64,000 nucleotides of DNA from Candidatus Eiseniibacteriota bacterium. Its GTDB lineage: Bacteria > Eisenbacteria > RBG-16-71-46 > CAIMUX01 > VGJL01. Location of the stretch: assembly GCA_963792585.1 (NCBI GenBank), contig CAWBWI010000003.1:288001-352000 (forward strand), in the 5' to 3' direction. A model generated the notes under the pieces. It had not been told where the DNA came from, searched no databases, and was given only the letters and a program-made list of their open reading frames with translations. A program made the position numbers and the translations under genes. Shown here one piece after another: positions 49,501 to 58,073 of this stretch; the first letter of the stretch is position 1, and each line of letters begins with the position of its first letter.

Positions 49501-51350
49501 TCTATCGCATGGACAACGGACAGCTCTATACCCAGACGACGAGCAGTCCCGTGGACGGATCCTTCGCGACGACGAGCCTCCCATATTTCGACTACAGGGT
49601 GGTCGTGAAGGCCTACCGGCACATCCCGGTAACGATGACGATGACGATCGATGAACCGAACGAGAACGTGCTCATCGCCCTCGACCCGACGATCGGGGAT
49701 ATTCTCCTGATCGACGATTCGGCGAAGAGCGGGACGAATCCGGAGAAGGTGGACGAGAAGTCAGGCCTGGTCCTGGCCGATGGCTATGTGTCGGATGACG
49801 GGAAGGCCGCGGTCGACCTGGAGAACGACCTAACGGACCTCGGCTATACGGTCACCGTCGAAACGATGCCGGCGTCGAACCCTGCGGACTGGCCGAACTA
49901 CGACATGATCATCAGTTCCAGCGGTAACAGGACCGATCCCCTCGCGAATGCGACGTTCAGGACAAACCTCGTCGCCTACGTGCAATCGGGCGGTCACCTG
50001 TTACTCGAGGGCGGCGAGGTCGGTTACGACCATTACGGCGATTCGGCATTCGGCACCACCGTCATGCACTCGACCGACTGGAACGCGGACCAGAGTGGGA
50101 ACGTCACCATCGCCACGCCCACGCACCCGGTGGTGAGCGTGCCCAACGTCATTCCGGGTCCGATCGCGATGACCTACAGCGGCTACGGCGATGAGGATGC
50201 CATGGCAGTGCGCCCGGATGCCGTGAAGGTCTGCTCCTGGTCGAGTTACGCCAACGACGCGAGCATCATCGCCTATGATCCCAACCCGGCGCCGGAGGGC
50301 GGCCAGATCGTCTTCTTCTGCCTGAACTACTCGGCGATGGACGCCTCCGTGCGACCTCTCCTGCTGCAGAATACGGTTGTCTACCTGATGACGCCGGAAA
50401 TCGGCAACTGCTCGATCTCCGGCAGTGTGACCCTACTCGGGCAGACGGACCACTCGGGCGTCAAGGTCGAGGCGATTCCCAACGGCGGTTTCGTCATGAC
50501 GGCTCCGGACGGGAGCTACTCTCTCAACGGTCTCTTCGCGGGAACCTATACGGTCCGCGCCTCGAAGGACGGCTGGTCGACGGGAGTCGAGCAGGAGTCC
50601 TTGAGCGACGGACAACAGATGACAGGATGCGACTTCATCCTGACCCCGCTCTATACCTACCAGGCATGTCGCCAGCCTCACTTGAGCATTCCCGACAACA
50701 ACCAGACGGGCGTCACCGACCCGATGGGCGTGATGATTCCGGGCGGACCCACGGTCTCCGAGGTCGAGGTCTACGTCAATATCACGCACACATACATCGG
50801 CGACCTCACGGTGAAGATCGCTTCGCCCGACAACACGACGGTGATCCTCCACAATCGGACGGGCGGCACGACCGAGAACATCGTGGGGTGGTATCCGGGG
50901 GACATCACACCGAACCAGAGCCTCGATGCTTTCATCGGGAAGCTGGCCAACGGCGTTTGGCGCCTGACGGTCATCGATCAGGCGGGTAGCGACATCGGCA
51001 CCCTGAACGAGTGGTGCCTGAGGATCAAATACGGTGCGGACGTCGCGGATGCCGAGAATGACACGAAACCGCTCGCGCTCGCGCTCGAGCCCGCGCGGCC
51101 GAATCCTGCCGCCCCCGTGACGGCGATCCGTTTCGATCTGCCGAGTGCGAGCACGATCGATCTCGCCGTTTTCGATGTGACCGGCCGGCGCGTGGTCACG
51201 CTCGCCGCGGGACTGACGGAGGCGGGCCGCCACGAGGCGGTCTGGGAGGGTCGGGACGATCAGAGGCGGGCGGTCGCGACCGGTCAGTATTTCATCCGGA
51301 TGACCGTGGACGGGCGAAGCCTGACCCGCAAGCTGCTGCTCGTCCGGTAA
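46578..51350 (+). CDS. Gingipain-like C25 cysteine peptidase (Kgp-like) with propeptide, beta-sandwich repeats, P-domain and FlgD-Ig-like C-terminus
   Basis: GAPELP propeptide; FVLFVGD, PDIYYGRFSA, NYTAHGSETSWSDP (His), GNCC (Cys), YWDEDYWW, YNLLGDP; ITHTYIGDL P-domain; WEGRD..TGQYF tail. Confidence 0.9.
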   Translation: MRIWKVLLLGLALLGLVASVSQAEVRNLTLSSAKNELTLIEQQGDALHYRAQIGTLTAMDVMTREGLFTRLLIPGFHTSHVEGAPELPMMNRMIEIPSGGRARIEVISSQSRSYRLADLGIDNRLMPAQPSMPKNADPATWPFVYDDRAYASPRVALDLVRVAEVGQLRSVELGRLEVSPVSYFPTEGRIEVQESIEFRVIFDGGDSAAEADLKDRTASPFFDPVYGRVEGYRDLHDNNPDRVRDVVTMVVVTPPQFAAQLQTFVSWKVRRGFNTILAVTGSPPVGSTKEEIKAYITGLYNNGTAQQPAPSFVLFVGDVEQMPTWMINGDATDRPYCDIVGDQVPDIYYGRFSATNPTQLQAMLDKTLMYDQFTMPDPSYLNEVVMIAGMDSNYGQVWANGQINYGTTYYFNEIHDILSHTYLYPNSGSQETAIIANLNSGVAYANYTAHGSETSWSDPNLTQANVNALTNTGKYFLGVGNCCLTSTYDYPECLGETMIRAANKAAIGYIGGSNSTYWDEDYWWGVGYTSNIVEHPTYEATATGAYDGLFHDRPNEADMGQWYVTNDAIIFCGNLAVMESGSSRIAYYWNIYNLLGDPSLSTYLGAPGWNNVVHPTTVFTNWSTIDVQAAAGSYVGLTKDGVLIGAGTVDATGNLVLPIWAEPLTPGTAHIVVMAQNRQPYQADINVLVPATVIIDPSTIDANVTTAIDVGVYEFDGVTPKPGVDVWAAGLDYESVHAMTGADGHCTLSVTYPYGPTLDIIGKYPSDPYVLFARAISVRAQLLTQPDLWVTTDIGMQNMFALNLPGVLHVQVGQPGHTLFAFLNGSPVGNTTDTSLQITPAETGEVEGIIAVSGYNLYRENFAVVEAYGTLTGHVTAGVAPAVGAVVTGYDGTNQEVFQATTNAQGDYNVGEDILCAPYTIKADLFGFLHWEQSYFVNYGPNVLNIALDAAPSGILSGFITETGTGTPLEATVKVYRMDNGQLYTQTTSSPVDGSFATTSLPYFDYRVVVKAYRHIPVTMTMTIDEPNENVLIALDPTIGDILLIDDSAKSGTNPEKVDEKSGLVLADGYVSDDGKAAVDLENDLTDLGYTVTVETMPASNPADWPNYDMIISSSGNRTDPLANATFRTNLVAYVQSGGHLLLEGGEVGYDHYGDSAFGTTVMHSTDWNADQSGNVTIATPTHPVVSVPNVIPGPIAMTYSGYGDEDAMAVRPDAVKVCSWSSYANDASIIAYDPNPAPEGGQIVFFCLNYSAMDASVRPLLLQNTVVYLMTPEIGNCSISGSVTLLGQTDHSGVKVEAIPNGGFVMTAPDGSYSLNGLFAGTYTVRASKDGWSTGVEQESLSDGQQMTGCDFILTPLYTYQACRQPHLSIPDNNQTGVTDPMGVMIPGGPTVSEVEVYVNITHTYIGDLTVKIASPDNTTVILHNRTGGTTENIVGWYPGDITPNQSLDAFIGKLANGVWRLTVIDQAGSDIGTLNEWCLRIKYGADVADAENDTKPLALALEPARPNPAAPVTAIRFDLPSASTIDLAVFDVTGRRVVTLAAGLTEAGRHEAVWEGRDDQRRAVATGQYFIRMTVDGRSLTRKLLLVR

Positions 51351-51372
51351 TCGATCTCGAGGATCCACGCAG

Positions 51373-51410
51373 GAAGGGGTGCGGCCGCGCAGGCCGCACC
51401 CCTTCTCTTT
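51373..51410 (+). terminator. Rho-independent terminator between convergent genes
   Basis: GAAGGGGTGCGGCC-gcgca-GGCCGCACCCCTTC perfect 14-bp stem then TCTTT. Confidence 0.8.
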
Positions 51411-51424
51411 CCGACGGCGATGGG

Positions 51425-52648
51425 CTACATTGCAGCCCGGATGGTCTCCCCCAAACGTCGGGTACCTTCGCGGATCTGCTCTGTCGTGGCGTTGGAGAAG
51501 TTCAGTCGCATGGCGTTGAAGCCGTCCGACTCGCCCGGATAGAAGGCAAGGCCCGGAACATAAGCAACCTTCCTCTCGACGGCTTTCGGGAGCATCTCGG
51601 CGGTGTGGACAGCCTTCGGTACGCGGGCCCATAGAAAGAGGCCGCCCTTTGGGTGGGTCCAACTGCAGCCCTCGGGCCAGAATTCCTCGAGACCGTGGAG
51701 CATCGCGTCACGCCGATCGCGATAGACGCCACGAAGCTTCTTCACGTGCTCCTTGACAATGCCACGCTCGCAGATATCTCGGGCGATCATCTGGACGAAT
51801 GTTCCTGTGTGCAGGTCGGCTCCCTGCTTCGCTTGAACGAAGCGGGTGATGATTGCCTTCGGCGCCACGATCCAACCAATCCTCAAGCCGGGCGCGAGCG
51901 TCTTTGAGAAGGTGCTCAGATAGATCGTCCGCTCGGGGGCGAGGCGGAAAATGGGGGTGATGTCCTCACCTTCATAACGCAACTCACCGTACGGATCGTC
52001 CTCGATGATGATGAGATCATGCTCCCGTGCGATCTCGACGAGTCTGATGCGGCGGTTGAGCGGCATCGTGGTCCCGGCCGGATTGTGGAAGTTCGGAAGG
52101 ACATAGAGAAGACGGGGTTGGACCTTCTTCAACATTTCCGGAATCTGCTCGACGAGAATCCCGTCGTCATCCTGTGGAACGGTGAAGTAGCAGGCCTGGT
52201 ATGCATTCCACGCCTGCAACGCCCCGAGGTAGGTCGGCGCGCTCGTCATCACGCAACTCCCCGGCTCGACGAAGAGCTTGCCAATGAGGTCGAGCGCCTG
52301 CTGGGAGCCGTTCGTTATCAGAATGTTGTCCGGCTCCACCCATATGCCGTATTTGGCCATCGTGGTTGCGAGCCACTTGCGGAGCTCGGGATCCCCCTCG
52401 GTGGTGCTGTACTGGAGCGATTCAGGCCCGTACTTCACCAGGATGTGCTCGCACGCTTCGCGGAATTCCCGTATCGGGAAGAGCTCCGGAGCCGGCAGAC
52501 CGCCCGCAAAGGAGATGATGTCCGGCTGTTGGGTCAGCTTCAGCAATTCCCGGATGACCGAACTCTTCATCCCGGCCGTCCGGGCGGCGAGCTTGGGCCC
52601 CCAGTCGATATGCTGCACGTCTCTCAGGAGTTGGTCTTGCTCAGCCAT
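51425..52648 (-). CDS. PLP-dependent class I aminotransferase (LysN/Aro8-like)
   Basis: SSVIRELLK, ISFAGGLP, GSQQALD, NFHNPAG, EDDPY, STFSKTLAPGLRIGW, RLNFS. Confidence 0.92.
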   Translation of the reverse strand: MAEQDQLLRDVQHIDWGPKLAARTAGMKSSVIRELLKLTQQPDIISFAGGLPAPELFPIREFREACEHILVKYGPESLQYSTTEGDPELRKWLATTMAKYGIWVEPDNILITNGSQQALDLIGKLFVEPGSCVMTSAPTYLGALQAWNAYQACYFTVPQDDDGILVEQIPEMLKKVQPRLLYVLPNFHNPAGTTMPLNRRIRLVEIAREHDLIIIEDDPYGELRYEGEDITPIFRLAPERTIYLSTFSKTLAPGLRIGWIVAPKAIITRFVQAKQGADLHTGTFVQMIARDICERGIVKEHVKKLRGVYRDRRDAMLHGLEEFWPEGCSWTHPKGGLFLWARVPKAVHTAEMLPKAVERKVAYVPGLAFYPGESDGFNAMRLNFSNATTEQIREGTRRLGETIRAAM

Positions 52649-52864
52649 CGGATCCTCCCCGGCGGAATCACCCCGCCCATTCCACACGCACCCTGGAAAC
52701 GACCCAAGGAAATCTTCTGACAAATCCGCTCTGCATTCAACATCGCTTATGGGTGGCGCGCCGGGCTCCTGTTCGCGAGGAAGGAAACTCATTGGGAGAG
52801 CGAACTTCCGGGAGATGGCGGCCAAACTCCTCATCTGTGGTATCGGCAGGGCGCGCCCCGCGCT

Positions 52865-54109
52865 CTAGCCGGAGTGAGCCGCCTCCGCCGCGTCGAGCCC
52901 GGATCGGATCGCTCCATCCACGCTCGGTTCGCGCGTGAAATCGCCGGCAAGGAGCAAGCCCTCGACTGCGGTGCGCGTCTTGGGCAACCGGGCCGCGAGG
53001 CCGGGAGGGAAGGCCCACTGCGCGGCCGGGATCTTGATCGTCCGCAGCCACCGCCAGGTATGGGTCATACCGTGCGGGAACCACCAGGCCATCTCCGTGC
53101 GGACGAGCTCGGATATGGCTCCCTCGTTCATGTCCGGCGTTCCGAGGATCGCCCCCATGAGGAGATGCTGTCCGGCCGGGGCGAGTTCGGGTGCCACGTG
53201 GGTCAGGACGGCAAAGTGGTTCGTCCAGCCATGAGCGTCTCCGCGAATGAAGAGACGCCGTTCCTCCGTCGGCGGGGTCTTCGCGGTGAAGTAGACGACC
53301 GTCGTCCCACGCGTCTCCAGGGCAGGGAGGTCCAGTCCGGCCAGCCGCGCGGCGTCGGACGGGCCGCACGCGAGGACGATCGTCTCGGCGCGCACCTCCT
53401 GTCCCGCAATCGTGAGGCCGGATGCGCGCCCTCCTTCGATCCGAAGCGCCTCGACGGGACAACCGAGGTGGATCGCTCCGGCGGGGATCCCCTCGGCCAC
53501 CTGCGCCGGGACGGCGCCGATCCCGCCGTGCGGAATCCCGACGGGAGAGGCCATGAAGGTCTTCACGATGGAGGCGAAATAGCGCGCGGAGTTCGAGAGA
53601 CTTCGATCCAGGAAGACGCCGCCAAAGAAAGGCTCGAAGAATGACTCGATCAAGTCCCGCGAGAAGCCGAGGGTGCGGAGGTGCTCCATGGTGCTCGTGT
53701 CGGGTGTCCGGTTCGGGTCGGCGGAACGGAGGTTTCGCAGCCGGAGCTTGTCCCTCCATGTCGCGTAAGGGAATCGGGCCGCCTCCAGAGTGTCAGAAAG
53801 CGGATAGAGATGTCCCCCCCTTGACACGACGCAGCCGGCATGGAATGGGCGAACGTCGAGTCGCCCGAGGTCGATTTCCTGAATCACGGCCGGATATCCG
53901 GTCAGGAACACGTGGAATCCATGATCCAGGCGGAAACCCTCGGGGAGGACCTCCGTACGCATGCGTCCCCCGATCGCCGGACCGGCCTCGAACAGATGAA
54001 CATCCCGACCGGCGCGCGCAAGGGCCCGCCCGCATGTCAGGCCGGCGAGGCCCGCCCCGATGATGGCGACCTGGACGGACGAAGGGAGGCTTCCGGCGCG
54101 TGGCTCCAC
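52865..54109 (-). CDS. FAD-dependent oxidoreductase (amine oxidase / phytoene desaturase-like)
   Basis: IIGAGLAGL, GGRMRT, LDHGFHVFLTGYP, LAGD...DGAIRSG. Confidence 0.85.
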   Translation of the reverse strand: MEPRAGSLPSSVQVAIIGAGLAGLTCGRALARAGRDVHLFEAGPAIGGRMRTEVLPEGFRLDHGFHVFLTGYPAVIQEIDLGRLDVRPFHAGCVVSRGGHLYPLSDTLEAARFPYATWRDKLRLRNLRSADPNRTPDTSTMEHLRTLGFSRDLIESFFEPFFGGVFLDRSLSNSARYFASIVKTFMASPVGIPHGGIGAVPAQVAEGIPAGAIHLGCPVEALRIEGGRASGLTIAGQEVRAETIVLACGPSDAARLAGLDLPALETRGTTVVYFTAKTPPTEERRLFIRGDAHGWTNHFAVLTHVAPELAPAGQHLLMGAILGTPDMNEGAISELVRTEMAWWFPHGMTHTWRWLRTIKIPAAQWAFPPGLAARLPKTRTAVEGLLLAGDFTREPSVDGAIRSGLDAAEAAHSG

Positions 54110-54111
54110 GG

Positions 54112-55770
54112 CTATTCCTCCAGAAGGCTCGGCTCGTACCCTTCCGGGGCCTCGAAGCCGAGCAGGTGAAAGGCGGTTGCGGCAACGTTGGCAAGTCCCG
54201 CCGCCGGCAGGTCGGATCTGAGCTTTCGAGCCGAGTCCGATGGATCGAAAACGATGAAGGGGACGGGGTTCAGACTGTGGCTCGATCGCGGTTTCGGCTG
54301 ACCGGTGTCCTTGTCGATTGCGAACGCGCCGGACTTGTCCCGCTCGTACATCTCGTCGGCGTTGCCGTGGTCCGCGGTAACGAGCGCGATTCCCTTCATC
54401 TCCTGGACGACGGTGAGGAGTCTTCCGAGCGAGAGATCGACCGCTTCGACCGCGTAGATGGTTGCGTCCCTGAAGGTGGTGTGCCCGACCATGTCGCCGT
54501 TGGCGTAGTTCAGCCGGACGAAAGGATACGGGCGGGTGCGGAGCGCCTCGATCACGGCGTCCGTGATCTCGGCCGCCTTCATCCAGGGCCGCTGTTGGAA
54601 GGGGACCTGGTCGGACGGGACCTCGATGTAGGTCTCGTAGGACTCATCGAACATCCCACCCCGGTTTCCGTTCCAGAAGTAGGTCACGTGCCCGTACTTT
54701 TGCGTCTCGCTGCACGCGAGTTGCGCAACGCCATTGCGGGCCAGGTACTCACCCATGGTGCGGTCGATCGTCGGCGGCGCGACCAGAAACGACTTCGGAA
54801 TCCTATAGTCGCCGTCGTACTGCATCATTCCTGCAAACGCGACCTCTGGACGCCGGCCACGGTCGAAGAACGGGAAATCGTCCTGCTCGAAAGCCCTGCA
54901 GATCTCGATTGCCCGATCGCCTCGAAAATTGAAGAAGATCACCCCCGCGCCGTCTTGGATCGGCCCGATCGGCTTCCCCTCCGTGTCCGTGACGACGAAC
55001 GCCGGTAGATTCTGATCGCCGACTCCTGGAATCTCCCGCCGGAAGGTCTCGATTGCTTCCCGCGCGGAGAGGAAGGGACGGGCCTGTCCTTGCACATGCG
55101 CGTTCCATCCTCGCTCGACGATTCTCCAGTCGGCCTCGTAGCGGTCCATTGTGGTGATCATCCGGCCGCCCCCGGAGGCGATTCGATACCGGCGCCCTCC
55201 GGCGCCGTCGTACTCAGCCAGCGCCGCCTCCAGCGTTGCGACAAACGGCAGTGCGGAGGTCGGGGGTACGTCGCGACCGTCGAGCAATGGGTGGACGAAG
55301 ACCTCGAGAATTCCGATCCTGGCCGCCTCGCGAATGAGCGCGATCAGATGATCAATGTGCGAGTGGACGTTCCCGTCGGATAGCAGACCGATCAGGTGCA
55401 ACGGGGTCTTCCGTTCCAGGCATCCCCGCATCAGGCGTTGCCAGACCTCGCCCCGGAAGAGGGATCCATCGGCCAGGGCTCTGTTGACGAGTTTGGCCCC
55501 TTGGTCGAAGACGCGGCCGGCACCGAGGGCGTTGTGGCCGACCTCCGAGTTGCCCATGTCCGTGTCGTCCGGAAGCCCCACCGCAGTGCCGTGTGCCCGG
55601 AGAGTCCTCCAGGGGAAGCGAGCGCGCAGGCTGTCCAGAACCGGCGTGCGCGCGAGGGCGACCGCGTCCCCTTGGTCCCCGGCCCCGATCCCGACGCCGT
55701 CCATCACGACCACGACCATCGGTCCCGCCGCAGGCACGATCCGGGCTCGACGTCTCAACGTCCAATCCAA
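54112..55770 (-). CDS. gpmI: 2,3-bisphosphoglycerate-independent phosphoglycerate mutase
   Basis: MDGVG, MGNSEVGH, SDGNVHSH, DGRD, NFRGDRA, ETQKYGHVTYF, NGDMVGH, TADHGN; TTG start after GGAGG. Confidence 0.95.
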   Translation of the reverse strand: MDWTLRRRARIVPAAGPMVVVVMDGVGIGAGDQGDAVALARTPVLDSLRARFPWRTLRAHGTAVGLPDDTDMGNSEVGHNALGAGRVFDQGAKLVNRALADGSLFRGEVWQRLMRGCLERKTPLHLIGLLSDGNVHSHIDHLIALIREAARIGILEVFVHPLLDGRDVPPTSALPFVATLEAALAEYDGAGGRRYRIASGGGRMITTMDRYEADWRIVERGWNAHVQGQARPFLSAREAIETFRREIPGVGDQNLPAFVVTDTEGKPIGPIQDGAGVIFFNFRGDRAIEICRAFEQDDFPFFDRGRRPEVAFAGMMQYDGDYRIPKSFLVAPPTIDRTMGEYLARNGVAQLACSETQKYGHVTYFWNGNRGGMFDESYETYIEVPSDQVPFQQRPWMKAAEITDAVIEALRTRPYPFVRLNYANGDMVGHTTFRDATIYAVEAVDLSLGRLLTVVQEMKGIALVTADHGNADEMYERDKSGAFAIDKDTGQPKPRSSHSLNPVPFIVFDPSDSARKLRSDLPAAGLANVAATAFHLLGFEAPEGYEPSLLEE

Positions 55771-55830
55771 GGGAACCTCCAGTTTGGTGGGAGAGCGAGT
55801 TCTAGCATAGCATCGGGCGGGGAGGGGCAG

Positions 55831-56220
55831 ATGAAGCAGACCGAATTCGTGGATTGGATCGAAGAAGTGCCGGTGGCGATCACCGTGACCGACGCCGAGG
55901 GGACGATTCTGGCGATGAACGCCTTTGCCGAGGCGACCTTCGCGGAGGATGGAGGCGCAGGGCTGATCGGGCGCAGCGTCTTCGATTGCCATCCGGAGCC
56001 AGCCCTCACGAGGACCCGAGAGCTGTATCGGGACCGGGCGGCCAACCACTACACGATCGAGAAGGCGGGTCGGCGGAAGATGATCCACCAGCTGCCTTGG
56101 TTCCAGGGGGGCGCGTTCGCGGGATTCGTCGAGATCTCGATCCCCGTTCCCGACTCGCTCCCCCACTTCATCCGGGAAGCATCGGAAGGGGGAGGCCAGG
56201 GTCAGGAGGGGGGGAAGTAG
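55831..56220 (+). CDS. Stand-alone PAS-domain protein
   Basis: ITVTDAEGTILAMN...LIGRSVFDCHP...YTIEK...GFVEIS; GGAGG RBS. Confidence 0.75.
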   Translation: MKQTEFVDWIEEVPVAITVTDAEGTILAMNAFAEATFAEDGGAGLIGRSVFDCHPEPALTRTRELYRDRAANHYTIEKAGRRKMIHQLPWFQGGAFAGFVEISIPVPDSLPHFIREASEGGGQGQEGGK

Positions 56221-57140
56221 ACCGTCCCCCGCTTGTGACCCTGCTTCCGGAGGACCCCCTCCTGAACGAGCCTGGCGAGGTTGTCCTTGATCGTGTTCCG
56301 GTTCGCCCCGGTGGTGCGCAGGACATCTCCCGCGGTCACCCTCCCATGGCGGTGCGCGATCGCAAGGATCGCCTCTTGAAGAGCGGATCGGGAGGCCAGG
56401 GTCTGGGAGGCAACCCAGCTCGCCTCGGCGCCGCGCCCAACCCCGATGAGCAGTTCCACAACCTCATCAAGCCAAATCCCGAGCTGCTCCTCGGGGTCGG
56501 ACGGTTCAAGCTCGGGTCCTCCAACCACCAGAGGCCTCCCGAGTCGATCCGGCTCGATCGGACCGAATAGAACCTGAACGTATCCCTTCTGCAACAACAT
56601 GAGACGTAATGCGATAGAGTATAGGTGTGAATTGGCACCATTCTGAAGCACCGCATTCTTGATGGAACCATAAAATGCCGATATCTCCAGAAGGGGAACT
56701 CCGCCGCTTTGGCGACCTATCAGTGCCGCCTGAAGTTGCAGGGCGAGGAGGTCTGCGGCGCCGGAAACCTCCATCGTGTCTTTCGAAATCTGGAGCAGGC
56801 GACAGATCTGTGCAACTCCGGCGTCCGTCCAGGGAAATGCCTCATACCAGCCATGGATGAACTGGACAGTGCGACCATAATGCCAAGCCTGGATTATTGT
56901 TGAGGCGCAATTCTCAGGTGGTTTCTCGGCGAGGAGGGTCTCGGGGAGCTTCGCCCCGGTTCGGAGTTCGGGGGGGACGGCGCCAAGAGCTGCCGCCAGA
57001 ATAGCGTCTCGTCTAACCGAGTCAAGCCGCACCGAGGGGCCGTGGAGTCTTGCCTCCCACCGCCCTCGGTCCCGTTCGACGGCCGAGAGGGATTCCCATC
57101 GGTCGAGATTTAGGTAAAAGTCGGTGGTTTGGGTGACCAT
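56202..57140 (-). CDS. Fic-like protein with degenerate catalytic motif and C-terminal winged HTH
   Basis: PLLEI...LRLMLLQKGY...W...HGRVT..TGANRNTIK...G.KRG.VY resembles Fic-wHTH proteins, but HPFxDGNGR is absent. Confidence 0.55.
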   Translation of the reverse strand: MVTQTTDFYLNLDRWESLSAVERDRGRWEARLHGPSVRLDSVRRDAILAAALGAVPPELRTGAKLPETLLAEKPPENCASTIIQAWHYGRTVQFIHGWYEAFPWTDAGVAQICRLLQISKDTMEVSGAADLLALQLQAALIGRQSGGVPLLEISAFYGSIKNAVLQNGANSHLYSIALRLMLLQKGYVQVLFGPIEPDRLGRPLVVGGPELEPSDPEEQLGIWLDEVVELLIGVGRGAEASWVASQTLASRSALQEAILAIAHRHGRVTAGDVLRTTGANRNTIKDNLARLVQEGVLRKQGHKRGTVYFPPS

Positions 57141-57223
57141 AGGACCCCTATTACCGCGAATCCTGCGATCGGGCAAGCATGATCTTCGATTTTTGTATGG
57201 GTGGATCTGGTTGGAGCCATGGA

Positions 57224-57580
57224 TCAGTCGGAGTCCTGCGGATGGACTGCTCCTCGACCTTTCTTCGTCAAAGAGCGTCGCACCTTCTCCGCGAGTCGTC
57301 TCTCCTTGGAGCCCGATGTGGGGCGTGTGGAGACTCTGGGCTTGGGTTTGTGTGCCCTGGCCTCGAGCGCGTCCCGGATCCTCTCCAACGCCCGCAGCTT
57401 GTTGGCCGACTGGCTTCGGCTTTCGGTCGCGATGCGGACGATCCCCGTCGGGAGGTGCTTGACCCGGACCGATGACTCCGTCTTGTTCTTCTTCTGGCCG
57501 CCGGGACCCGAGGACTTGTAGGGGGTGACCTCACAATCTTCGATCAGGTCGAGGAGGTCCCGTGTCCAGCGATGGGCCAT
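57224..57580 (-). CDS. ArfB/YaeJ-like peptidyl-tRNA hydrolase (RF-1 GGQ domain)
   Basis: SSGPGGQKKNKTES, RSQ..N, basic tail RPTSGSKERRLAEK..R...KK.R. Confidence 0.85.
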   Translation of the reverse strand: MAHRWTRDLLDLIEDCEVTPYKSSGPGGQKKNKTESSVRVKHLPTGIVRIATESRSQSANKLRALERIRDALEARAHKPKPRVSTRPTSGSKERRLAEKVRRSLTKKGRGAVHPQDSD

Positions 57581-57588
57581 GGGGACCC

Positions 57589-57999
57589 TTACCCGCCGAA
57601 GACCGTAACGACGATCTCCCGGACGGCTCGGGGGCCGTCGAACTCGCAGAGGAATATGTTCTGCCAGCGACCCAGGACCAGGTCCCCGTCCCGAACCGGA
57701 ATGACCTCCGAGGGGCCCAGGGAGGCTGACTTGATGTGGGCGGCGCCATTGTCGTCGATCCGGTCATGACGCCACCGACCCTCCGGGACGAGCCGATCCA
57801 TCGCATCCAGGAAGTCGTCCAGGAGCTGGGGGTCGTCGTTCTCGTTGACGATGATCGCCGCGGTCGAACCGGCGACGAAGACGTTGCAGATCCCCAGGAC
57901 GATCCCGCTCTCGCGTACGATCTTGCGGACCGCTTCGGTCATGTCGACCAGTTCCCTGCGCCGGGACGTCTTGAGCTTCAGTGTTTCCTGAACAGTCAT
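57589..57999 (-). CDS. yjbQ: YjbQ (UPF0047) family protein
   Basis: STAAIIVNEN.DP, H..DDNGAAHIKS, LGRWQNIFLCEFDGPR. Confidence 0.9.
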   Translation of the reverse strand: MTVQETLKLKTSRRRELVDMTEAVRKIVRESGIVLGICNVFVAGSTAAIIVNENDDPQLLDDFLDAMDRLVPEGRWRHDRIDDNGAAHIKSASLGPSEVIPVRDGDLVLGRWQNIFLCEFDGPRAVREIVVTVFGG

Positions 58000-58073
58000 G
58001 TGCGCTTCCTTGCGACTCCTTCCGGCGGCAGCATAGCATAGCGGGACTGCAATCACCCGAACAGGGAGGGTCC

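Noticed and set aside
46482..49622. 1046-aa ORF antisense to the gingipain-like gene
   Set aside because: Codon-register shadow of a high-GC3 gene; V/D/R-rich with no motifs, while the sense strand has a clear family.
55771..56166. N-terminal extension of gpmI in the ORF track
   Set aside because: Antisense to the PAS gene; a TTG with GGAGG at 55770 is the better start.
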